Below are positions 40,546 through 54,769 of a stretch of DNA of 64,000 bases, piece after piece. Under the pieces are notes generated by a model. It was given only the letters and a program-made list of their open reading frames with translations, was not told the DNA's origin and did not search any database. Position 1 is the stretch's first letter, and every line of letters begins with the position of its first letter. The DNA comes from Azolla caroliniana (taxonomy: Eukaryota; Plantae; Polypodiophyta), in NCBI GenBank assembly GCA_043228905.1, contig JBHGNT010000014.1:19964001-20028000 (forward strand). The letters run 5' to 3'. The translations under genes and the position numbers were made by a program.

Positions 40546-43500
40546 CTATAATTCATCTTTGAAATCCAAATGCTTCATACCACCACCACTATTCTTCTCG
40601 GATGGGTCTCGATGAACACGAATAAAGGTAACGAGGTCCTCCTTGGTTCGATCGCCCTCATAAAAGGTAAGTTTCCCAGAGGCAGAATGGAGATACAGAG
40701 CTGGATAACCCTCCACCACAAACTCTTTCTCTTTCCCAATGTCATTCTCAGTGGCATCCTATAACAAACAAACAAACAAAGATGGACAGCTAGATTTTGT
40801 TATCACAATCAGATGTTCAATATGAGTGATGGCGCAAAAGTAAAACATTTTCACATGGGAAAGAATCTGGTGTTGATTAGCGACCATTGATATTCAAGAA
40901 TAAGAGAAAGTATTAGATATTCATGTGCCCACTATTCCTTTTTCATATACATACATATGAAGTGCACTTTCTGTTTTTTAAATCGATAGATCATGACAAG
41001 TTCAAAAGGAACATTTTCTTCGGCACTTACAAATTTCGCAATTACCACATCCGGATCGGACTCGAACTCAACCGCCACTTCCTCTAATATCGGAGCTAGG
41101 CTTTTGCAATACCCACACCAAGGCGCATAGAATTCGAGTAATACTTACAAAAACACGCCCAAAAAGACAAGACAAAAGTCCAAGGTTCAGTGATCTAACT
41201 TTTTAACAAGGTTGTGCATGTGTTTGTGACCCAAATCCTGGCTACATACAAAAGATAAACTATAACAACATCATCTATGCAGTACATAACATGTTCGAAA
41301 AAACGAAAAAGGTTTGGAATGTTGACACCAGCCCAACATGGAAAGGATAGAGAATCGAAATTCTGTGGAAAAAAAGGGGCATATACCATTTTTCCCGGAA
41401 TTCAGAACCATGCTTGCCAATGTATCTCGTACAACCACTTTCACGGGCTCCTCGTTTCTCTCAGGGATAGGTTGTGACTTATAGAATTCGGATAACTTCC
41501 CATCCTACAGGCACACACACACATAGATAAACAGATTTTATTGTCATCATCCCTTGGAAGAGATACATGTAAGAAAAAAGAGAGAATTTCAGCATGGACT
41601 CACATAATAGTCCTTAAACCAGAGTGCTATTTCTTCAGAAGATTGGATTTTCTTGAGAAGGTACTTCTTTTCATTCATGTCTTGGATAAAAATGGAAGGC
41701 AGGGTGTCATTCTTCACTCCAAGATACTGTAAAAATAGAAAGGGAAAAAAATAACAAGTCACAAAACAACATTTTTGTTGTTGTTCTATTTGGTTTCTTT
41801 GGCTTTTGTAAAACAACAGTGAAACAAAGGAGTTACAAAACAACATTTTTGTTGTTGTTGTTGTTCTATTTGATTTCTTTGGTTTTTGTTAACAATAAAA
41901 ATAGTGAAACAAAGGAATTAACTGAAAAACAGATTTTCATTGATAGTGAGGCTTGTGCAACCTTAAGGAGCATTTTCAAGCTGTCTGCACCCTCAGCAAT
42001 TATAAATCTGAGGCCCTTGCCTTTGTGCTCTTCAGCAAGTTTCATGTATGCACTCTTTATCATCATTCGTGTCTCTTCTTCACCTTGTTCGGAAAACAGA
42101 AATGCCTATATTCCAAGACCCAAAAGAAAACACCATAGAACAAAACTTCATATTCATTGAATAAAAACAATGAATCCTATATTCAAGTGAGCCAAGCCCA
42201 TGTTATTTATCACGGTGATAGTACTAGCATCCTCCACATTGATGGAACAAAATTTTTGTATGAACCTTTTCATATCCTCTTCTGCTCACCTTAGAATATT
42301 TTGGGTTCATAAAGATCTTGGCAAAATACTGTCTTTGTACAGGGTCATCATTGAAATAGACCACTGAAGGAACACTTACTTCATCCAAGAAGTGCTTTAC
42401 AACCTCAGGATTATTGAAATCCTGTGGAACGATCATATACATATTAGAGTAGTAATTATGATGAGTTTTGTTGCTGTGTAACTGGAGTAAAAAAATTAAG
42501 TCCTTACATACATATACAGCATATTATACCTTCAAATCATTAAAACCTTCATCAAATTTCTTGAATACTCGAATCATTGGTCCAGTGATAGCATCCTTGA
42601 GAGGGGGCAACAAGTTTGCATCTATTGTATGCTTGAAATCATAATCTGAACGCAATTTACTTGCGATAGATACAAAGTTTGTGAAATCCTCAGAATCGTA
42701 GGATGTAAACACACCAACCTAAGTAAAAACCCACTTTCTAATGTCTTAGAAGAAAAACAATTATAAGTTGAAAGAAACAGCATAATGGGGTACCTATACA
42801 TGCATGTATGTATGTGTGTGCATATATGAATGTATATCTATATGTATGCACGTATGCATGTGTATAGTTATATCATGAGGTGCATATCTGTGTGTATATC
42901 CGATGTGCAATGTGGTTCATGCGAATGTGTATGTGAATGTATGCTGAATAAATAACACACAATGACAACATCTGTGTCTTCGATGAGCTTGTGAGCCTGT
43001 TCAGCTGATATGATCTCCTCTGAAGGCGGACCCACTTGCCGCTTCAAGTAGGAAACGATGCCATCAGCATCCCTGGGGCCCTTATAGGCATGGATGTGTG
43101 CCCCTCTATCCCTTATCATCTTCAGGGTGGGATACCCCTGTACATCAAATTCAGTAGCAAGACCCTTATTTTGCTCCTCACTTGCATCAACCTTTGCAAG
43201 AATGATAGGTGGCTCATTTGTTTGCAGTGTGGCTGCAGCTTTCTCGTACTAAAACAAAACATTTGAAAAAAATGGGTTACACAACATACATTCAATATAT
43301 GTACCTATGCATATACACATATACAAACAAATACATAAACATATATGAAAACATACATACATATATATGTATCCATGTATACATTTAAATATGTTTATGA
43401 ATGTGTATAATATACCTCAGGAGCAAGTTGCTTGCAGTGTCCACACCTATATTTGCAGGCAAATGCAAACAGAGTCTTAGGTTCCCATCACTCACGGTTC

Positions 43501-43996
43501 AGTTTCAGTATAAAGGAACTTAAAATTCACCACCATTATCCACGAGCATTTATTTGCCTCTGTACTTTCATATTTTTTAATTTCACTAACAAGGGCTACT
43601 TCACTACCGTGCATACAAATTTAATGTTGCTGCTGGAGTTTTCACTATAACACACACACACATACATACATACATACATATATACAAATACAGAAACATA
43701 CACACGTTACAGACATTACATACATATATATACATACATACAAATACATAAACATAACTACGTTACAGACATTACCTACATACATACCAGGGGGCGTAGA
43801 ATTCCACAAGAATGAAAGGATGGTTCTCGATAACATGAGTGAAATTGGATGCATCAAGGATTAGAACATAGCTAACACTATTAACTTCCTCTACTGTATT
43901 AGCATCAGCATCACTGACATCATCAAGCTCAAGGGTGGCAACAACAATGCACATCCATGGGAGCAGGGCAAGAAGAAGCAACATTAACCTCAACAT
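40546..43996 (-). CDS. PDI: Protein disulfide isomerase (PDIL1-type, a-b-b'-a'), ER-retained, 10 exons
   Basis: Signal peptide [14 protein letters not shown]; VEFYAPW|[10 protein letters not shown]; second site [16 protein letters not shown]; C-terminus FKDEL-TAG at 40548-40546; all introns GT-AG. Confidence 0.95.
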
Positions 43997-44276
43997 GGTG
44001 GGCAGAGGAAGAAGAGGAGAAGAGGAGAAGAGGAGGAGGAGGAGGAAGAAGAGATGGTCTGAGAGAGAGAGAGAGAGAGAGAGAGAGTCACATGTAGTGC
44101 ATGACATATATGTATGTATGTGAGTGTGTGTAGCTCTGCAAAAAGGTGGCCTTCCTCATCCCTTCTCCAAGAATTACTGCCATTTGTTTACTACCCCTTT
44201 GTGATTGGCATTGCCATCACTTTCTCTGTGTTTTTTATTTTGTTTTTACTTGGCGTATATATTCTGTGGTTAAGGT

Positions 44277-44712
44277 CCGGATTCGAACATGTGACTCCTC
44301 TATCAAATACTCGGGTTGAGGGTTTAGGGTTTAGGGTTTAGGAATACTCCGGGGATTCGAACATGTGACTCCTCTATTGGATACTCGGGTTGAGGGTTTA
44401 GGGTTTAGGGTATTCGAACATGTGACTCCTCGATCGGATACTCAGGTTTAAGGTTTAGGAATACTCCGGGGATTCGAACATGTGACTCCTCTACCAGATA
44501 CTCGGGTTGAGGGTTTAGGAATACTCTGGGGGTTCGAACATGTGACTCCTCTATTATATACTCGGGTTGAGGGTTTAGGAATACTCCGGGATTCGAACGT
44601 GTGACTCCTCTATCAGATATTCGGGTTGAGGATTTAGGGTTTAGGAATACTCTCGGGATTCGAACGTGTGACTCCTCTATCGGATACTCGGGTTGAGGGT
44701 TTAGGAATACTC
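44277..44712. repeat. ~60-bp tandem array (7 units) combining a B-box-like motif with plant telomeric repeats
   Basis: Unit GGGGATTCGAACATGTGACTCCTCTATCGGATACTCGGGTTGA(GGGTTTA)1-3GGAATACT. Confidence 0.9.
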
Positions 44713-45266
44713 TAGAGTTCCTGCTCATCCCATTCTTCTTCGGAACCACTACAACATTCGTATAATCCTTTGAACCGAACACGATTTCTAGTGGGTTTGC
44801 GGTCTGCCTTATTACCATCTCGGTGGATTGTTGTGTCATAGTGTTCGAAATTAGAGTCATGTCGAGTACGTGGAACAGGATTGCCTTAAGAGCTTCTTCA
44901 ATCCTAAACAACGGCCTCGTACCTCACTTTTTGCATCATTTGGTAGAAAAAGGTCATGCTCTCTCGTTAAAGTCATGGTTTATTTGTACCTACAAAGAAT
45001 CCTTTGTTTTTTTCCTTAAAGTTGCTCCAAAATGGGTTCTTGTTTGCTTATGTCCGAAAGTACCATAAAAGGTACATAGGGTGGAATAAATTTTGATTTG
45101 GCGATTCTTGCAACTAAGCTCCATGGACACCTTGTTCTCTAGGGAGTTGTCTTTATATTAGCTAGCCTTACAAATCATGAGAGGTTTTTCTTTTGCCATT
45201 ATATCCTCACTATTGCAAGGACGACAATGGCTTTTTATAGTCATCTTATTTTAATAATTACATTAG

Positions 45267-45301
<35 letters not shown>

Positions 45302-46702
45302 AGAGAGTGTGTGGGGGGGTATCCTCTCAAGGAGCTCCATCTTTGGCCATTGACAAGAGTGTGTTGAAGGTATCCTTCTGTGCACAATGAAAAATATATA
45401 ACTATGAAAAAGAATTTACTAAGATGGCAAGTGTCAGTGAGGGATAAATATTACAAAGACAAGTTAATGTTGGCCACAACATCCCTAGCTTAGAATCGCC
45501 CAAATCAGACTTCATTGAGTACAAAGCCTACTTGATGTGTGATGCAATATTTCCTTTGTGACCACTCCAACTACTTGAAAAGTTGATCATTGTTTTATTT
45601 AGTGCATCACTATGTATGAATTGATTTAAAGAAATTCAAATGGAATTCCCTTCTGTGTCATGCTGAATACACCAGAATTATTGGATGATCCTTACAAGTT
45701 TTGTGGAATGAATGTTTAAGAAGCCTGACCTGAAGTATGAAGAACTCTTTCTAAACGCAGTATATTCCTCAAAAATGGAGTGAAAGATATCCACAATTGT
45801 TGGACTCTTTCTCTCCATCTCTCCGATATCTATGCATTCTTTGAAGTCTTTGAGAATAAACGCTGCCCTCTCAAAATAACATTCCCATCTTCCATTGACT
45901 TCCAACAACATTCTTTCGCATAATATGAAGCACCCAATCGCACAACACTTTTTTGAAGTCATAAGCTTGGCATGAGATAGAATAACCCTTGGTTTAATGC
46001 GATTGGCTTAGATTTGTTTAATTGGGATATCAAATTGATTTAAAGTTTGTCATGCTAACGACTTTTTATTATCAGTCATTGTTCATATCAATAGAAATGG
46101 TGTGCTTACTTAGAAGTCGCTAAAATTCTGAAACCATCTATAAAGCTAGTATGCTTTATCTCATCCAAAATCATTAGTGATTTGAGAATATATTACTATG
46201 TAGAATCTCAGTTTCATAAATTTGAGAAATCCAACGACTGAGATCCAGACTTCTCTAACCCATAGCACTTTTCTTATACCATGCCACTCACAATTCTAAA
46301 CATGTGAATCTGCCTATTTGAAGTCAAAGAAAATGGCACAAATGGAGCAAATGTAATCGAATATGCCCATTATAATCATGAATTTCTATAAAGAATTCCA
46401 GAAGTAGATTTTTCAAAATTAATTGTACAATGTTTGCATGTTATCATTTATGTACTGATAATGTGGAAACAATAAGAATCATTATCAAAATAAAAAACTT
46501 ACATGGAACATCTTCCTGATTAAACCTTGACTTCCCTAGGTAAAGCTCACCCACAAAATAAGGGTATATATAAGCAAATCCATGGAGGGAAAATTTTGGA
46601 GCTCAGCATTATAGGGGCAACAAGCTCACAAAACAAAATCATTGAAATTTGTATATTTTTATCGACATATGCACATGATAAAGACAATAAATGAAGCAGA
46701 TA

Positions 46703-49700
46703 TTACATGATTCCATGTGTTATTTGGGACATCTCACTTGGAACCATTGAAATAATGGTCTCTGGTGGAAGTTCTGTTTCTTCGAAAGCGAATTCAGTTG
46801 CATCGGAAGTATACTCGAGTGAAGCAGCATTTGTTGGCATACTCAATCGATGGTACTCCAGCATCTCTCGTAAAAACTGGTTCTCTCTTGCATAATATGC
46901 ATTTTCTTGAGCAAGGTGTGCCTTTTCCGCAAGAAGAGTCTCTAATTGGATTCTTACCTGATCAGATAGATGGGTACAAGATTACTTCAATTTGCTTTTG
47001 ACTGCAAAAGAGCTTGTACTAAAGCTACTAGATCAAACTATTAGAAGTTTTCTTATAAATGATTGTCATCAGGAAGAATCTCAGCTTCAATTTAGACATA
47101 GCCACAAATGACAAGGAGGAAGAATTACGTGACTGCTGTGGCCTATTCAAGAATGGAAGCAAGAGAATATACAATACCAGATCTTCGTCATCAAGCTTTA
47201 GTCCATTGCAGAAACCTTCCCGAATTGTTTTGTTCTCTTCCTCTAATTGTGCACACCTTTGCTTAGCAATCATTAATGCAGCCTTTGCCTCCTTTAGTTC
47301 ACGTGACAATAGTTTTGCTTTAGTAGCCATAGCCATGGCAACCTGGTTCAGCATATGAAATGTGGAAACTGCTTAAAAACATCCCCATAATACCAAATTA
47401 TAAAGATATGATATTACTATTAGAAATAGATGAAGGGTTTGTATAAGTGCAAAATGCTATATAACACTATATCAGCCTAATTATGAAAAAAAAGAATGAA
47501 TTTTGATAAAGAGATCAAATTTGGCTCAATATGATACCGAACATGATTTAAGTTTTTTTGTAAGAGTTGAACTGAAAAATTAGATGGGCTTCATGTGAAA
47601 ATGTTTGAAGGAAACATAACAATTATTTTGCCACCTTACGTCGCGAGATGCCTTGAGTTGCATGTCTTTATCATCAGTTGACGAATCTTGTCCGCCTAGA
47701 TCCTGCTGCTGAAGAGGCTTTGCCATATAGACATCTCGTTGTATTGGCTTTGTGCCCGAGTCTCTCTCAATTTGCTGGGAATCAGAGTTATAATCCTTTC
47801 CTTGGAAAAGCTTGGTCAGATTCTCCCTACCCTGCTGAGGTCTGAAAAACAGAATAATCCCTTTTGTGGTGAATAGAGCCTCAAAACATATATTGGATTG
47901 TATGCCAAAAGCATTTAGAATGAAAGATAACAATTATTTTGCCACCTTACGTCTCGAGATGTCTCAAGTTGTAAGTCATTATGGATTGCTGCTTGATATT
48001 CTACTCCTGAGTCTTGCTTTGACCTATAACCACTCCACTGTGTTATTTTTGGACCTAATTCTCCTTGCACCAACATAGGATCTAACACAAATTCCCTTCC
48101 TTTGTGAGACTTCGGCCCAGTCTGCCTTTGTTGCTGAGATCTCAGGACAGTGTCGTGCCCTTGTTGTGAATAGGCCCCCAAGGTAGAACCTTTCTGTAGG
48201 GATGAATCTGAATCTTGCTCTTCTCTAGAACAAGAATTCTTTGTAGGGTCATGTTCTTCTCGAGAAGAATCTAAAGCAGCCTTGGTAGATCCAAATGTCT
48301 TCTTTGTGAACAAACGCTTTGAATCAGATGAAAGAATATCTGTTGCCTTACTTTCAACTATATTCAACCCCTCCTGCACACAATGACATACTATAAAGAA
48401 TAGCTGTATACACATAATGAATCTATTCATTCACTATGAATTTATTTACTCAATATGGATTTATTTTTTCATTTTCAAATTGGTTCACTACCTCTAATAC
48501 ATTGCCAATGGTATCTCCAAAGATTGATAAAGAAGACGTAAGAGATTCCAGCTTTTTCTGAAAATTTGGAATTTCACTATGTCGTTGCTTATTGTCAGAT
48601 GATGACCTTGCATGTGGAGACTTAACACCATTTCACAGAGTTATTCTAAATATTACACGAAGAGCATTGAAATAATGGTCATAATCTGTTATTAGGAAAT
48701 ATTCACCTGTCGCAATGGTTCATAATTATTTTCTTCATCATCGAGAAGTGTCAACTTTGCTTTATTAGCTAAAACACTCCAAAAGCTTTTCTGTTCTTTA
48801 GGCTTGGATGGTAAATCCTTGAATGATTTTTTTTCTTCTACCATGACTGGTATTTTAAATATTCCCTGTCATATCATAAAGAGAATCACATATTACTCAA
48901 TATGAGTTCATAACAAGTAACTAATTAGACACTAAACAGAAATGTGTTAGCTTAGTTCCAGATAAGCTATTGCACAAGGAAAAACAGATTCTCAATATTC
49001 ATTTCGTATTATAAGTAATAACTAGCACCTGAAAAGGTATAGTTTAAATAGAAGAACATTATTCTGTATATATAACGATGTTGCAAGATTTCTTTCCACT
49101 GGAGTTTTTTGTTGAAATTTCGTAAAAATTTACAACCTTCAAATACTAACTTAATCTACACCCCCAAACAGCTTATCAAATTGATTTTCCTATACTGACA
49201 GTTTCTTGTCCATGACCTTTGACAGGAGCACCAGTTTCTTGTCCATGGTTCTCTGAAACAATTGTGCACAAGGTGATTTATCAAGAATGATTGGAACTAC
49301 CATATGCTTCTTATGACTTTGAATCATATCAATAGTGGTCTCGCTTTCAACCAAGAGCAATATGACCATTATACATAGTCAAATTTATAGAAGAATACTT
49401 CAAAAAATTATATGGTCATAGAGGGGTAGAAAATACAATGCAGTAGAGGTGGTATATATAAGCCACATTATACTTAGCAATTAGGTAAAGTGGGTACATC
49501 TAGATTTTACCCAATGTGAGAGAGAGAGACACATGCACGCACGCACGCGCGCATATATATATAGACACACACATATAAATATAACATATGTACACATTTA
49601 ATAGACAAATTCACTATTCTACTAGACATTTTCTTCATCAGCATTATACTTAGCAATTACGTTATGTAGGTACGTCTAGCATTTCCCCAATTTTATTTTA

Positions 49701-50459
49701 ACACATTTGTAAATAGGCATATACAGACATGCACACACATATACATATATGTATATTAAGCACCAATCGTTTTGACATTGCATTGATTTTATTCATCATG
49801 AAGAACAAGTTTAGTTTAAAACGACACAACTTCAAAATAATTGTTTGGTTCTAAGGGTGTGTGTTTTCTAAAGAATTTGTTAATACTAGGATCTATATAT
49901 CTCACTCCAACATCATACATGCAATTGTTTAGATATTGCACAAATTTTATCTTAACCCATTTATATTTATCAACATAATGTTTATTCCATAACATGTTCT
50001 GCTCAATATGTTAGTTAGCTCTTCTCCTACACAAATTATTATTGATTGAAGAAATTTGGTACGAATTCGCTTACGTAATTATGATGGTATTTACTATACA
50101 TTTGCACCTAAATAATATTTTGATTATAATGGACAAAGAATGATAACATTAATATAAATATGTAAAGAAAGGCACAGAAAAAAAACCCTATTCATCTCCA
50201 AAGCGACCACGAGTTCATTCAAGTGAGATGTTGAAGGAGGAAGTGACTTAATGAAATATAGTAATGGTAATTTATTTTAAAGATAGATAACATCGAAGAT
50301 CTATGTAAAAAAACAGAGGAAAATCCTATTCATCTCCACGAGAAACCCTACTTCATTCAAGGGAAATATTTGAGGGGAGATCGGTGTTTAATGAAAAGAT
50401 AGGATCCTTACTACATCATCTTCATTCGAAGAAGAGCTTGTTGAAGAGGGATTGTCCAT
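46703..50459 (-). CDS. Conserved plant coiled-coil protein of unknown function (At5g01970/At1g30050-like family)
   Basis: Exons ~50459-50412, 48865-48707 ([11 protein letters not shown]), 48620-48492 ([17 protein letters not shown]), 48373-47951, 47834-47640 (QLKASRD), 47342-47178 ([26 protein letters not shown]), 46957-46703 ([19 protein letters not shown]). Confidence 0.82.
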
Positions 50460-50740
50460 CTCCACCGCCCGATCTAAACTCCAATGGCGGAGATCAGCAG
50501 CAAAACTACATGAATGTAAGAAACAGGGGGAGGGAAAGAAGGTTCAATAAAAGCATATACAGAGAAAAATGGGCGAGGTTATTGGGGGAGAGAGGAAACA
50601 GGGGATTAGATCTCAGGGAATCAGCAAAAGGAGGCAAAGGGTTGAACCTTCATGTGGAAGGTCCTTTACAAATTAGGACTAAAGAAATTAAGAAAGAATG
50701 GAAGGCAATTTGTTATCTCAATCAAATAAAAAAACAGCTC

Positions 50741-50845
50741 TAATAAGCCTCTTATGATTATAATTTATATCAATATGAATTCCAAAGGAGCCTCTAAGTC
50801 TAGTAAGGTACCATAAAAAACAAAACCCTAGCCTGGTCTAATGAC

Positions 50846-50891
<46 letters not shown>

Positions 50892-50991
50892 AGTGAATCC
50901 GATAAGCTCTAATTGACATGAATTCCAAAGGAGTCTGTCTCTGTCTCTCTGGTAAGGACCAAAAAAACAAAACCCTAGACTGGTCTAATGG

Positions 50992-51029
<38 letters not shown>

Positions 51030-51143
51030 TATCTCAATTTGCAAAGCCCTAATAAGCCTCTCTTGTGATGATATGAATTCCAAAGGAGTTTGTCTCTCTC
51101 TAGTAAGGGCCAAAAAAAAAAACCCTAGCTTGGTCTAATGACC
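50741..51143. repeat. Three-copy repeat, units separated by (GT)n
   Basis: Core ATGAATTCCAAAGGAG...GTAAGG..CAAAAAA..AAACCCTAG..TGGTCTAATG(A/G)CC at ~50775, 50918 and 51073. Confidence 0.8.
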
Positions 51144-54100
51144 AAGGGTATGGGGGAAGGGGGTTGCTCACCAGAACATGACTCTCGAAAGAGATTTGCT
51201 CGAAACAAGCATGCATATATATGACCTCCAATTATCTATTGTTTTCACACCTTGCGCATCTCTCCTCGTGTGCATCATTGTGACTCCTTTGTCGAAGAAT
51301 CGTGGAGGAACATCTTGAAAGGAATCAATGATGGACTTGCATTTGGTTCCCCCCCTACCCTGGCCACAGAAGCAATATCTTTGTGGCATGTTCTGGTGAT
51401 TGCACCTAGATCCCAAATCACTAAACACATGCGCATGTCGGGTTTCAAAAGGTACTAAATCACTCACTAACAAAACTTGGCTTACCCTTCGCAGGATCAA
51501 AACACACACACAAAAAAAGCACTTGATGAAGAAGTGGAAAGGAGAGCAAACTTGGAACCCATCCTTCAAAACGCATAAGCTAAATTGAAGTGACCCAAGT
51601 GAGTAGCAAGAGTGAACCACGTCAAAAAGGCTCAAAGGAGACCACTTTAGAGAATCAAGCTCAACTTGGTCTAGTGTGTGAACTCACCTTGAGAGTGAAT
51701 AGACACTCCAACGGTCAAGAGACATCATTATGTCATCTCTTTGTATTCTAGCATTTAGTATAAGTCATAGAATCATATTCTATGACACATAACTTATGAG
51801 CTTTCACATTCCCCATGCTCCATGAGTCTTGTAGTTAATGAAGAGAGAGGGTGACTATATAAAGCACCCTCCTCCCACCTTGTATTAAGTTAAGTCTTTC
51901 TCCTTTGTTAAATACTTACCTTGCGTATACTCTGTGTCTTACTCCTTTTCTCTCTCACACACACTCTCTCTCTCATACACACACACACACACACACACAC
52001 AATTCACACCTATTCCGCTACATAAGAATCATACACGATTTTTTACATGGTATCAGAGTGATTTGGTAGCTCGATCTAACCCATTCGTCTCATTGTGATC
52101 ATGTGTTGTGCTCTACGCCGACGACCAAGAACCAGCTCATCGCTATCGTAGCTTTGCTACATAGCTCGCATTCGAAGAGAGAAGAAGAAGAAGAAGAATC
52201 GACATAATGAATACTCAAATGGGGAGCGCTCTCCCTACCAAGAAGTTGGATCGAAACAACTTCGCATCTTGGGAGTACAAGATGCACCAATACCTTGTCG
52301 GACAAGGCTATTGGAGCTACATCATAGGAGAGCACGAAGACCGACCCGCCGAAGCGGCTCTCAGATACACAACATGGGAGCAAGCCGCAAGCCGCGTGAT
52401 GTATTGCTTGGCGACATGTGTTCATGATCACATGCTCGGCTACATTCGCGAAGCCAAGATGCCGAAGGAGGCATGGGAAAATCTACGAAAGATTTTTACG
52501 GCGAACACAACCGCAAGAAGGCTTCAACTCCGCCAAGAGTTGAACAACATTCAACAAAGGGACATGTCCATCACGACATATACCTTGAAGATCAAGGAGC
52601 TTTGCGACTCGCTCGGCTCGATAAGCGTAAGTATAGATGATGATGAGATGGTGCAAATATGCCTCGGCGGCCTCGCACCACGGTTCGACGTGATGCGAAC
52701 CGCCGTTCTAGCAAGGGAGAAATCTCCCTCCTTCTTCGAGCTCAAATCAATGCTATTGGTCGAAGAAAACCACGTGCGTACAAGGAGCAATGAGTCGGAA
52801 GGCCACATGCTCTACACGCACTCGAACGAAGGAAGAGGACGCGGACGAGCGAGAGACTGATTCGGCCAAGGACAGGGCGGACGAGGTCCGACCTACGACA
52901 ACAACTCCCAATTTCGGCCGCAAAATAGAAGCCAACGAGGAACCTTCGCAAGAAGGGGGAGCTTCCACTCCGGCTCGAGCCGTCAAAACGCAACTGAATG
53001 CGGATATTGCGGAAAGCTCGGCCACCACGAAGAAGAGTGCCGAAAGAAGATGTGTGAATCAGCTTCCACAAGCCTACAACTCACGAATTACGCGCACAAT
53101 TCCGACTATGAAGAGTATAGCGGAATGTACGGGCACAACTCCGACTACGAAGATCGTGGCGGAATGTACGCACACAACTCCGACCGTGGCGGAATGTTCA
53201 TGATGAAACATAGAGCAAACTCTATGTCGGCCTCTACCTCAACTAGTGCCCTCAATCCGGAGGACGTATGGTTTGTTGACTCCGTAGCCTCAAACCATAT
53301 GACATCTCATAAAGAATGGTTTCTCGAACTTCGAGAGCCAGAGCGACCCGGTTATGTCGAAACCGGAGATGACACTACGCACCCGATTCGACACATCAGC
53401 AATGTTCCGTTCGGCGAAAGAGGTAAGCAAACATACATTAAAAATGTTTTGCATGTTCCCACCATCACAAAGAATTTGGTCTCGGTCGGCCAAATGGTTG
53501 AGCAAGGGATGTAAGTACGATTCGACCAAGAAGGATGCTTCATCGAAAAAGAGGGTCGAATCATCGCGCGTGGAAGAAGAGAGGGCCGGATGTTCATTCT
53601 CGATTCACACGAGATGAAATCCACCATGTTCGCAAAAAGCACGAAAGTCAACTCCGACATAGAGTTATGGCACAAGCGAATCGGTCACATTAATCTCAAC
53701 AAACTCAAAGCAATGAAATCGAAAGGAGTCGTCATCAGACTTCTGACATTCAAAGAGAAGGAGATTGAAGGTGTATGTGAAGCGAGCCAATTCGGCAAGC
53801 AGCACCGACACCCATTCCCGAAAGAGCGGAACGTGAGCAAAGGTCTACTCGACGTAGTCCATTCCGACGTATGGGGACCGACGCAGACGGTTACATTCGG
53901 CGGATGCCGATATTACGTACTCTTCATCGACGACTTCTCGAGGCACACTTGGATCTACCCGATGCAGCAAATGAGCGAAGTGTTCAGACACTTCCAAAAT
54001 TTCAATAATGAAGTCGAGAAAGCCACGGGTCGACATGTACGATACCTTCAATCGGATGGCGGCAAGGAGTACTTCTCGGATGATTTCACGGCGTATCTCC

Positions 54101-54726
54101 GAAAGGAAGGAATTCAACAAGAATTCACTTGCCGACACACTCCGCAACAAAACGGAGTAGTCGAGTGCAAAAATCGGCACATCCTCGAAGTAGCGCAGGC
54201 CATGATGAACGAGAAGCATATGCCCAAGTCTTATTGGGCCGAAGCTGCAAATACGGTCATCTACCTAATGAACCGGTGCATAACATCCGGCGTGCACGAG
54301 GTCACTCCACACGAAAAATACTTCGGAAAGAAGTCAGACTTATCGCACATCCGGATATTCGGCGCAATAGCGTACGTGCACATCCCCGATGAGAAGCGTC
54401 AAAAGCTTGATTCGAAGTCAGAGAAATGTATCCTCGTAGGATACTCATTGCAGCAAAAGGGGTACAAGTGCTACAACCCCTCAACTCGAAAATCTCGCGT
54501 TGTTGTGAAGATTTTCGGCAATAGTGTAAAAATCCCATAAAACGTACGAAATCGAGTATGAATCACATAATACAATAATTGTGAAGATAACATTTTAAAT
54601 AAATTTAATATCTAAGTACAAAATGATGGAGGTTTCGAATGCACTTTATTACACGAGAGACGGACAACTAAATGTCAAGATATGAGGGTATAAAGTTTGT
54701 GAAAGGAAAAGAGAAAATTGTGAGAT

Positions 54727-54769
54727 ATCCCACATAGGCATGACAAATACAGCTCTCATCATATATAAG
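54727..54769 (+). promoter_or_regulatory. USE + TATA (type-3 Pol III-like spacing) inside the solo LTR
   Basis: ATCCCACATAG at 54727-54737, 24-bp spacer, TATATAAG at 54762. Confidence 0.5.

Noticed and set aside
44277-44712. CRISPR-like appearance of the regularly spaced repeats
   Set aside because: There are no unique spacers or cas genes, and the context is eukaryotic
44405-44911. 168-aa ORF with repeated PEYPIEESHVRIPGVFLNPQ
   Set aside because: It is the translation of the ~60-bp DNA tandem repeat; no independent evidence of coding
45678-45962. 94-aa ORF between PDI and the coiled-coil gene
   Set aside because: No recognisable motif or splice context
46950-46962. CAG|GTAAGA acceptor that doubles as a donor consensus (recursive splicing)
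   Set aside because: Explained by Val-Arg codons of a conserved terminal exon; no downstream acceptor or exon is evident
51641-51650. TSD of the Copia element
   Set aside because: The 5' LTR lacks the TGTT terminus and the flanks (ACCAC vs TTATA) do not match; the left edge has been altered
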